The notes under the pieces were generated by a model, which saw only the letters and a program-made list of their open reading frames with translations, was not told the DNA's origin and made no database searches. From Bdellovibrio sp. (lineage in GTDB: Bacteria > Bdellovibrionota > Bdellovibrionia > Bdellovibrionales > Bdellovibrionaceae), in contig JAKFBS010000003.1 in assembly GCA_036677065.1 (NCBI GenBank), positions 160,001-224,000 on the forward strand: a stretch of 64,000 nucleotides of DNA, given 5' to 3'. Positions 56,510 to 64,000 of the stretch are shown here, piece after piece (position 1 is the stretch's first letter; each line of letters begins with the position of its first letter). The position numbers and the translations under genes are program-made.

Positions 56510-57301
56510 CTACTTAGCCATTTCAATCAAAAGATTAGTGACAGCTTCTTGTTGTTGGGTAGCTTTGCTTTTTACAATACTGCGAAATGACAAATCCGGG
56601 CCACGGGCATACATCAAGTTATAAAAACTGACTTCGCCGCTTGGTAATTGTGTCAGAACATTGATCGTTTCTTTAAAATAAATCGGTGCTGATGGGTCAG
56701 AGATATTTTCTTCGTTAAACGAATGAATGATATATTGGTTTTTGGTGCGTAAAACATTCTTGGTTAAACAGTAACGTGAAGTGCCTAAGCCAAAAATCGA
56801 AGTTTCAACGCAAGCCCGGTTGTCTTTTTGATTTACAGAAATATTTTTTAAGCCGTTAATGGCTTTTCTTTGAAATGCTTCTGACATCAGAGTTTCAAAA
56901 ACTTTATCTAGATTTAATTTTCCTAAACAGGCATATGACTGAACTTTTAAAAAGCTGTCTTCAAATTCATTTTTACTCGAAAAATTGTACTGATTGGTCA
57001 GCCTTTCAGGAAAACTAACTTCGGTCGACGAATGACAAGCTGGCATATTTAGTTTTAATGAGACTGCAGATTTGGTTTCGCCAACCATTAATTTATGTAA
57101 TGCCAGAACAAAATTTTCTACATACCCGAACGCATTGTTTGAAGGGTCATTCTCAATAAAATATTTATTCATTTCACTATAAACCGAGGGTTTAGCTTTT
57201 TGTTGTAATAGCCAGTTTTCGTTGGCGTTGGTTTGCACTTGCCAAGCCTGAGCTGAAGCCGTTGTTGATAGAATTAATAATGGAAGTAAATATTTTTTCA
57301 T
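56510..57301 (-). CDS. Secreted hypothetical protein (paralog of 57311-58102)
   Basis: Signal peptide AQA/W; shares PSVY.EMNKYF.E.DP, QSY.CLGKLNLDKVF and YNL.YARGPDL.F.S.VKS with the neighbour. Confidence 0.85.
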   Translation of the reverse strand: MKKYLLPLLILSTTASAQAWQVQTNANENWLLQQKAKPSVYSEMNKYFIENDPSNNAFGYVENFVLALHKLMVGETKSAVSLKLNMPACHSSTEVSFPERLTNQYNFSSKNEFEDSFLKVQSYACLGKLNLDKVFETLMSEAFQRKAINGLKNISVNQKDNRACVETSIFGLGTSRYCLTKNVLRTKNQYIIHSFNEENISDPSAPIYFKETINVLTQLPSGEVSFYNLMYARGPDLSFRSIVKSKATQQQEAVTNLLIEMAK

Positions 57302-57310
57302 TTTTAGACC

Positions 57311-58102
57311 TTACTTTGAATTTTCTATTAATTTTTGAATAAAAAGTTCTTGTTTTGTTGCAATCATACTTTTAACAACGCTATGAAATGGCAAATCAGG
57401 GCCGCGGGCATAGGCTAAGTTGTAAATACTGATTTCGCCAGTTGGAAGCTGTGAAATAACGGTGATGGCTTCGCGGTAATAGGCCGGCGCTGACGGGTTT
57501 TGTATATTCTGTTCGTTATAAGAATGAATTAAGTATTGCTTGCCTGTCGCTAGCACATTCTGCGTAAAGCAAAAATTTGTTGTCCCAAACGGAAAAATCG
57601 AGACGACTTGGCAGACTTGGTTAGTTTGTTGGTTGGTTTTGATCTGTTTTAACCCATCGACAGCTTCTTTTTGAAATTTTTCAGACATTAAGGTGGCAAA
57701 GACTTTGTCTAAATTTAATTTTCCTAAGCAATCATAAGATTGAATTTTTAGAATTTCTTTTTCAAAATCACGCTTGCTTTGAAAATCAAATTCTTTTGTC
57801 AGGATTCCAGGATACGATATATTCGTTTCAGCTGAGCAGGTGAGCTTATTGAGTTTTTTTGTTAATGATATTTCAGCTTCATTAACTATCTGAGTATGCA
57901 TAAAAGGAATAAAACTTTTTACATAAGGCATTGCGTGGCTTTTAGGATCAGTTTCTAAAAAGTATTTGTTCATTTCTTCGTAAACCGAAGGCACGGCCTT
58001 TTGCTTAGCCAGCCACTGCTTGCTATCGCCGCTTTGAATGATCCAGGCCTGTGCAGTGACAGCAAAGGTGATTAGAAATATAGAAATAAGCTTAATAGGC
58101 AT
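57311..58102 (-). CDS. Secreted hypothetical protein (paralog of 56510-57301)
   Basis: ATG at 58102 gives signal peptide MPIKLISIFLITFAVTAQA; shared motifs as above. Confidence 0.85.
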   Translation of the reverse strand: MPIKLISIFLITFAVTAQAWIIQSGDSKQWLAKQKAVPSVYEEMNKYFLETDPKSHAMPYVKSFIPFMHTQIVNEAEISLTKKLNKLTCSAETNISYPGILTKEFDFQSKRDFEKEILKIQSYDCLGKLNLDKVFATLMSEKFQKEAVDGLKQIKTNQQTNQVCQVVSIFPFGTTNFCFTQNVLATGKQYLIHSYNEQNIQNPSAPAYYREAITVISQLPTGEISIYNLAYARGPDLPFHSVVKSMIATKQELFIQKLIENSK

Positions 58103-58257
58103 CGCATTCCTATCAGCCAGAATTATGCCGCTATACAGTGAACCTATTGCTTCGCAGTGTTTCATTCTGAGACAAATGCCCCAAGTTTACGAATATTGTT
58201 AGTCGGTCGTGCGCATTAGACATTTACCAAACCTGAAAAGTTCAGTTAGCTGGGGTT

Positions 58258-59298
58258 ATGAAATTACTTTTTATTTTAATATTGACCGCTTTTTCACAGA
58301 CAAAAACTTATACCATCGAGGGTGATAAATTCACTCTCGAAACACTTTGCACAACCAATGATGTGATTTGGGGATTTGATTTTTTATCGCCAAGTGCGGA
58401 TGAAATTATATTCACCGAACGTGGTGGCAAACTTTCAATTTGTGATACGAAAACTAAAACTACGAAACCCGTTGTTGGCGCTCCTGCGGTAGTGGCCAAA
58501 GATCAGGGTGGCTTATTAGATGTCATGATTCATCCGAAAACTAAAAAAATCTACATCACGTTTTCAGAAAAAACTGACGAAGGTGCCACGACAAGTCTAT
58601 TTCGCGCAGATCTTGCGCCCGATAAGACGAAATTACAAAATGGCTCGGTAATTTTTAAATCTAACGCGGATGCAGACACGGGCATGCATTTTGGTTCACG
58701 TGTAGTTGCTGATAAAAATGATTATCTCTTTATGAGTATTGGTGAACGTAACATTCGTAATAAAGCCCAAGATCAAAAATTACATCACGGTAAAATCCTG
58801 CGCTTAACGCTAGACGGTAAAGCCGAGATTTGGACATCAGGGCATCGCAATCCCCAAGGTTTAGCTTTTGATGCGAACGAAAGATTATTTGCTGCCGAGA
58901 TGGGCCCGCGCGGAGGGGATGAAGTAAATCTAATCACGAAAGGGCTTAATTACGGTTGGCCGATTATTACTCACGGCAAAGAGTACTGGGGGCCGCCGAT
59001 CGGCAAAAAAGAAAAAGCTGGCCTAGAGCAACCTTTGATTAAGTGGGTGCCATCAATTAGCCCATCAGGTTTAACTTTTTATACAGGAGCACGCTTAAAG
59101 AAATTTAAAGATAATATTTTTCTAGCCAACTTAAGTGGCCAGCACGTACGCCGAGTGGTGTTGGATAAAGATAAAGTCGTTAAAGAAGAAGAATTATTTG
59201 CAGATTTAAAAGAGCGTTTTCGCCAAGCTAAAGAAGGCCCTGATGGCGCCCTGTATTTTTCAACTGATAATGGAAAGTTGTATAAGTTATCGCAATGA
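58258..59298 (+). CDS. PQQ-dependent sugar dehydrogenase (GSDH family)
   Basis: QGGLLDV..HP, HFGSR, GHRNPQG, GPRGGDEVN, NYGWP, SISPSG, GPDGALY. Confidence 0.93.
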   Translation: MKLLFILILTAFSQTKTYTIEGDKFTLETLCTTNDVIWGFDFLSPSADEIIFTERGGKLSICDTKTKTTKPVVGAPAVVAKDQGGLLDVMIHPKTKKIYITFSEKTDEGATTSLFRADLAPDKTKLQNGSVIFKSNADADTGMHFGSRVVADKNDYLFMSIGERNIRNKAQDQKLHHGKILRLTLDGKAEIWTSGHRNPQGLAFDANERLFAAEMGPRGGDEVNLITKGLNYGWPIITHGKEYWGPPIGKKEKAGLEQPLIKWVPSISPSGLTFYTGARLKKFKDNIFLANLSGQHVRRVVLDKDKVVKEEELFADLKERFRQAKEGPDGALYFSTDNGKLYKLSQ

Positions 59299-59372
59299 TG
59301 GTTCAAAATTTGCTCTGTATTTGGGTTTACAGTTTTTTAAGTTTAAAGGGTAAACCCAAATACAGAGTGAGT

Positions 59373-60221
59373 TTAAGCCCCAGTTGTTTGCGATTTCCAG
59401 AACTTAGATTTTTCACCCAGTTCGCGAACATAACCTGCGACATCGTCTTGCAGGTTTTGTGGAAGTTCTTTGAACGCTTTAATGTGTTCATTTGGTACAA
59501 ATCTAAAAGTAAAATTAATTCGACGAGTTTCAAAATCAGTGGTCTTCATTCCTGAAAATAAAATTCCTTTTTCTTCGACCCGTTGAACGCGGTGAAAAAG
59601 TTGTTTTTTAAATTTATCGCCACCAAAAATCTGTAAACTAGAATCTTCTAGCCACTGTTGCAAAATCACCTGAGACTTTTGGGATTTGCTTTCGCTTTTA
59701 ATAAATTGAAATAGGGCTTTTTCGCCAAACGAAATTGAAGCCACCGGGCCTGGTTCAAAATCTTTGTGTTCGCCCACGCGCGCAGTATCTAAAATTTTTC
59801 CGTCAGGTAAAATTTTATTGCCGTAATAATTGATTAAACATGTATTCAAATGCCAGCCACGCGGAATATCTCTGTCGCTGAATTTTTCGTGAACCATTTG
59901 TTCAATTTTTTTAACGATTTTTTCTAACACCGGCGGGTAGTTTTCAGCTTCGACGCAGCGATTTTGAATCCCTTTGGGAGGATGATAATAATCTAAACAA
60001 GCAAACTGCCAGTTACCTAACCAATAAACAGGGCGAAGTAATGGGCGATTCGGTTCACCTTCTGGAGGAGGATTACTGGCAGAGAAGCGATTTTCCCAGA
60101 TAGGATATAGGCTCTCTAAGTACTTGATGATGTCTTTTTTCTCGTTAGCAGTGATATAGCTCGGCTCGTAAATCAGATTGAGGTTCTGCTGAAATTGTGG
60201 TTTTCTGGAAGCCTTATGCAT
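59373..60221 (-). CDS. AlkB-like 2OG-Fe(II) dioxygenase
   Basis: NTCLINYY, GEHKD, VASISFG, HRV, RRINFTFR. Confidence 0.88.
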   Translation of the reverse strand: MHKASRKPQFQQNLNLIYEPSYITANEKKDIIKYLESLYPIWENRFSASNPPPEGEPNRPLLRPVYWLGNWQFACLDYYHPPKGIQNRCVEAENYPPVLEKIVKKIEQMVHEKFSDRDIPRGWHLNTCLINYYGNKILPDGKILDTARVGEHKDFEPGPVASISFGEKALFQFIKSESKSQKSQVILQQWLEDSSLQIFGGDKFKKQLFHRVQRVEEKGILFSGMKTTDFETRRINFTFRFVPNEHIKAFKELPQNLQDDVAGYVRELGEKSKFWKSQTTGA

Positions 60222-61247
60222 ACAAATTCTATTATACATTTCAACGTCGACGGTACAGTTAAAAAGAATATCCTAGAAAAGATTTCTGCTTTTTCGAGCA
60301 AAAAGATTCTTTTAATCGGCGATGTGGGTGTAGATGAGTATATTTTAGGGGCAGTTAAACGCATTAGCCCTGAAGCCCCAGTACCTGTTTTAGAGGTCGA
60401 CGGCGAAGATAAACGTTTAGGGTTGGCAGCGAATGTGGCCCAAAATGTGGTAAGTCTTTCTGGAAATGTAAACTTAGTATCGGTTGTTGGTGCGGATACA
60501 GGTGCTGAGATTTTAAAAGAGTTATTAACTAAATCAAAAGTTTCATCAGAGCATTTAATCGTTGATGAAAAACGCCCAACCACACGCAAAACTCGCGTGA
60601 TGACAGGCCACCATCATTTAGTGCGTGTGGATTACGAAGTTCGTAGAAATTTACCCGCAGAAACTGAAAGCAAAATTTTACAACGTGTTCAGGATTTAAT
60701 TCCATCAATGGATGTTGTGGTTTTAGAAGATTACGCAAAAGGAATTTTTTCTGTCGGTTTAGTTGAAAAGATTATCGCTTTAGCTAAAAAATCTGGAAAA
60801 TACTTAATGGTAGATCCACACCAAACAAAATTCGCTGAATTTTACAAAGGTGTTGATCTCATTAAACCAAATTACAATGAAGCATTGGCTTTAACTAAGA
60901 TTCACGAAGAAGACATCGAAAATTTTAATGAGCGTGTTTACACTGTAGGCCGCGCTCTACAAAAAATGACGGGCGCTCGTGATGTCGTGTTAACTCAAGG
61001 TAAAGAAGGCATGTCGATTTTTACAAGCGATAAAGATGTCGTGCAAGTGCCAACGTTTGCTAAAAAAGTATTTGATGTAACAGGTGCGGGCGATACCGTT
61101 ATTGCGGCATTAGCATTAGGTGTAGCTTCTGGTTTACCGTTAGCCCAAGCCTGCGTATTAGCGAATTACGCCGCAGGCATTGTGGTTGGTAAAATCGGGT
61201 GTGTGCCTTGTGACTTAAGCGAACTTAAAGCCACAATTCAGGCTTAG
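60216..61247 (+). CDS. rfaE1: D-glycero-beta-D-manno-heptose-7-phosphate kinase (HldE/RfaE domain I)
   Basis: GDV.VDEY..G.V.RISPEAPVPV, AANVA.N, RPTTRKTR, DYAKG, KPN, VFDVTGAGDTV. Confidence 0.93.
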   Translation: MHTNSIIHFNVDGTVKKNILEKISAFSSKKILLIGDVGVDEYILGAVKRISPEAPVPVLEVDGEDKRLGLAANVAQNVVSLSGNVNLVSVVGADTGAEILKELLTKSKVSSEHLIVDEKRPTTRKTRVMTGHHHLVRVDYEVRRNLPAETESKILQRVQDLIPSMDVVVLEDYAKGIFSVGLVEKIIALAKKSGKYLMVDPHQTKFAEFYKGVDLIKPNYNEALALTKIHEEDIENFNERVYTVGRALQKMTGARDVVLTQGKEGMSIFTSDKDVVQVPTFAKKVFDVTGAGDTVIAALALGVASGLPLAQACVLANYAAGIVVGKIGCVPCDLSELKATIQA

Positions 61248-62416
61248 TTCTTACAGTCTTCAAGATTTAAATAAACTGAAATCTTTTTCACTTGGGATTG
61301 GTTGGTTAAACCTTCTGCCGCAGATCCTTTAGAAGATAGTGCATTATTCACATTTAAACGTAAAATTTCAGAAGTTCCGCAGCCTGTTGTGATCACATCA
61401 GTTTTTCTAAATAAAACTGTGCGTGCTTCAGAACCTAAAGCCACAACTTTTGCATTAAGTTTACCGGTGCTGCCAGCTAAAAACGCTTCAAATTTTAAGG
61501 TGCTTGTCGATTTTAAATCAGCAGCTTGTGGTCTAACTTCGCCAGACACATCGATTAATGAAATCGTTAAACGTTTTCCAGCAGGTAATTGTAACGGAAC
61601 AGTCACGTTACATGATTTATAATCCATTTTGCGAGCATCAGAGTTTACCGTGATAAAACTTTTCAATGTGATATCAATAACATTTTTAGTTAAATCAAGT
61701 TCAGTGTAAGCCGGAGATTTATTAGAGCAACCTGTGCCTAAGACGGTGATTTTATCCAGAGTCACTAATTCAGTGATTGAATCAGCTTCTAACATCGGGA
61801 TTAACGGTAATAAACGCGTCGACATTTTAAATTGGCTTGGAAAATTAAAGATATCTTTAGAAATCACGAAATCATCGTCATCGACAGCACTGCTGCGTAA
61901 CATTTCATGTAATACCAGATAATAAACATTTCTTTCTTTTTCGAAATGATCTAACCAGCTAGCACTGTTTAAAATAATTAATCCTGGAACACCGATCGCA
62001 TCAACTACTGAGCCTGTGTTATCGATTAAGATATCGTTTGTTAAAACGATGCTTTCAGTTGTTAAAGTTGCTTTAAGACTGACTAGGTCTAAATTATGAG
62101 CTGTTACAATTTGGCTTCCAGCTTCAGTTGTTTCTAAGTACTCATTTACGTTTTCACCCATCTGGATAAATACCGAACGAATATAATCGCCACCGTTGCC
62201 GACCTTGTGGCCTTCGGTGCTGAACTTATTTTCAACCGCGTAGCGGCCATCTAAAAGCTTAACTAAAGAAATGCTTCCAGGAATCGTTACGGTTCTGTTG
62301 CCGACTTGAATAACTTGCGGAAGTTTAACTTCTAAGGCTTTAAGTAGATTTAGCGCGTTTGCGGATACGCTAAAACAAAGGCCGATTACAAGAAGGTGTA
62401 GGTGGTTAGTTCTCAT
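61244..62416 (-). CDS. Secreted protein with a GNGG/zincin-like middle region and C-terminal DUF4360-like domain
   Basis: Signal peptide ANA; KVGNGGD; LVLHEMLR; C-terminal LGTGC..KSCN..LPAG..TGCG. Confidence 0.7.
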   Translation of the reverse strand: MRTNHLHLLVIGLCFSVSANALNLLKALEVKLPQVIQVGNRTVTIPGSISLVKLLDGRYAVENKFSTEGHKVGNGGDYIRSVFIQMGENVNEYLETTEAGSQIVTAHNLDLVSLKATLTTESIVLTNDILIDNTGSVVDAIGVPGLIILNSASWLDHFEKERNVYYLVLHEMLRSSAVDDDDFVISKDIFNFPSQFKMSTRLLPLIPMLEADSITELVTLDKITVLGTGCSNKSPAYTELDLTKNVIDITLKSFITVNSDARKMDYKSCNVTVPLQLPAGKRLTISLIDVSGEVRPQAADLKSTSTLKFEAFLAGSTGKLNAKVVALGSEARTVLFRKTDVITTGCGTSEILRLNVNNALSSKGSAAEGLTNQSQVKKISVYLNLEDCKN

Positions 62417-63227
62417 TAGTTTCTCCTGGTGTTTCAGAGGTCGAGAGCGGGTACATGTAAAACGTTAATTTATAAACTTCATCTTTATTGCCATCTTCTA
62501 AAAATTGAGACAATGAATCTTGAAATTCACGGATCATCTTTTTAGCTTCAGGAATTTTGCTTTTATCAACGGCGACTGTGACGGCTGTGAAATCACGTAA
62601 TTCAACAGGGCAGTGGTCTAAGACTTTTTCAGCTAATTTTAAATCTTCGTAATGCGATTTGCGCACGGCTTGATTTGCCACATCGTCTGAAGTGATTAAG
62701 GGCTCGTTCGTTGGCGCGTAGCGGTTATATTTTCTAGAAACTAAATTTAGATCTGTCAGGCGCGTCAGAGTTTTTTGCACGTCAGTCACTGATAGGGCTA
62801 AACGTTTTGCCATCCACGGAATATCAGAAACAAAGTTCACAGTCTCCATTAACGACAACAAAGCGAAATGTTGCCATTCGCTGATCATGTTAAACTGGTC
62901 TGAGCTTAATTTTAGGTAATTGATATTTTTTTTGTATTTTTGTAAGAGACCTTTTTCTGAATCGGCTTCTTGGTCGTGTCCGTTACCTTTACCATCGAAT
63001 AAAAGTTTGATGGCTTCGGCTTCTTTAGGGTCAAGATACATGCGGTCTAAAAGTTTAACCGCCATTTTTTTAGAAACTTTACGTTTACCGGCCATGATCT
63101 CGCTTAAGGCACTTGGGCTGATATCCAGTTTTAAAGCGAAGGCTCTTAATGAGAAGGCTGGATTTTTTCTTTGAAGGTTCGCAAAGTGAGAGCGGATTTT
63201 ATCTTGTATGGCTAATTGTTCAGTCAT
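62406..63227 (-). CDS. TIGR02147 family protein (HTH plus DUF4423)
   Basis: KNPAFSLRAFA..L.ISPS.LSEI..GKR, ISEWQHFAL, RDFTAVT, AKKMIREF, VYKL....YPL. Confidence 0.88.
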   Translation of the reverse strand: MTEQLAIQDKIRSHFANLQRKNPAFSLRAFALKLDISPSALSEIMAGKRKVSKKMAVKLLDRMYLDPKEAEAIKLLFDGKGNGHDQEADSEKGLLQKYKKNINYLKLSSDQFNMISEWQHFALLSLMETVNFVSDIPWMAKRLALSVTDVQKTLTRLTDLNLVSRKYNRYAPTNEPLITSDDVANQAVRKSHYEDLKLAEKVLDHCPVELRDFTAVTVAVDKSKIPEAKKMIREFQDSLSQFLEDGNKDEVYKLTFYMYPLSTSETPGETNEN

Positions 63228-63278
63228 ATCCGCTCCTCTCTGTGGTTACATTTTGCGCCCGAAGGCTGTAACTAATAC

Positions 63279-63890
63279 TTACTGTGCAAGTTCCAAACCG
63301 ATTGTTCCATCGTCATTTCCGTCATCTGGAAGGTCACATTGCTCCCAGTGAAAGCGTAAAACTGTCTTTTCAAACGATAAGAATGAATCAGTAAGACTTT
63401 GTGCTTTTTTAATCACAGTTCCGTTTAAGTTAAGAGCTAAAATCGTTGATTGTCCGCAAGCAGTTTGCACCACTTGGCCAACTGGAATTCCTAATAACAC
63501 GTGACCTGATTCAAGTTGTTGTTCATCAACGATGCCTTGCTCACCGGCTAAGAATAATTCTTGGCTGGCAGACACGCGGTCAGCATCTACAGAAGCAAAA
63601 CCGATTGTTGCGACTTCAACTGTTAAGCGTAATCCTTTAGGGATATCTAACGGAATTCTTAAGTTGCAGCTTTTTCTTTCTAAACGTTTAGAAGAGTCTT
63701 GGCCTGCTTGCATTTGGTCAGAGTATCTAACAACCAGTGACTCAGGATCGAATTCGTCTTGTTCAATTTGGACATCACCGTTCGGGCATCCGTTACCACC
63801 GGCAACGATTTGGCCTGCTTGAGCGAAAGCTGTTGAGAAAAACATTAGAGCGGCGATATTAAAAATCAGAGCTAAAAGTAGTGTTTTCAT
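63279..63890 (-). CDS. Secreted DUF4360-like protein
   Basis: Signal peptide; GGNGCP, RKSCNLRIP..IPKG, TACG, FHWEQC. Confidence 0.8.
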   Translation of the reverse strand: MKTLLLALIFNIAALMFFSTAFAQAGQIVAGGNGCPNGDVQIEQDEFDPESLVVRYSDQMQAGQDSSKRLERKSCNLRIPLDIPKGLRLTVEVATIGFASVDADRVSASQELFLAGEQGIVDEQQLESGHVLLGIPVGQVVQTACGQSTILALNLNGTVIKKAQSLTDSFLSFEKTVLRFHWEQCDLPDDGNDDGTIGLELAQ

Positions 63891-64000
63891 TTAAGTCCCC
63901 TTGGTTTTGAGCAGAAAGGGTATCTTGCTGCCTAAAACTAGAATTAAACAAGTTTATAGCTTAAGTCTACAGATTTTGGAACAAAGTGTTCCAAGCATAT

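Noticed and set aside
3746..63822. Numerous short alternative-frame ORFs in the track nested within well-supported genes (e.g. 8030-8332, 14673-14954, 40458-40847, 60173-60589)
   Set aside because: They overlap longer genes with clear family motifs and show no motifs or SD of their own.

Overview
Chromosomal window from a bacterium that looks like Bdellovibrionota (Bdellovibrio/Pseudobdellovibrio-like). This is inferred from TIGR02147- and DUF4360-type genes, a Tad/Flp locus, a short flagellin and many secreted Cys-rich proteins. Most of it is core or predation-type content: aspS 3' end, a split Tad/Flp pilus locus, folD, an RlmI-like methyltransferase, ilvE, gcvP/T/H, tldD/E, epmA, flagellin, HU/IHF, pyrD, glutamate dehydrogenase and an HldE-type kinase. 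The clearest accessory element is a ~6.4 kb island (26074-32502) integrated at the 3' end of tRNA-Leu(TAG) and bounded by a perfect 26-bp direct repeat. Its integrase and some cargo are decayed, but it keeps an intact XRE + DUF262 + ABC-ATPase + RelE-like operon (Menshen-like anti-phage system) and a divergent DUF5677/HEPN-like gene. The operon's promoter has two TTAC-N3-GTAA boxes, resembling the Bdellovibrio LexA motif as recalled, placed symmetrically around a TTAC-N4-GTAA palindrome. Other notable items: a 341-bp convergent intergenic region with diverged 74-bp tandem repeats and covarying palindromes; a secreted Gly/Gln-rich protein with GGFQMP repeats inside the Tad locus; an unannotated 52-aa pseudopilin; a secreted protein with an internal signal-peptide-like motif; and several sigma28-type promoters with phased upstream repeats. 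All product calls come from recognising motifs by eye; no database searches were run.
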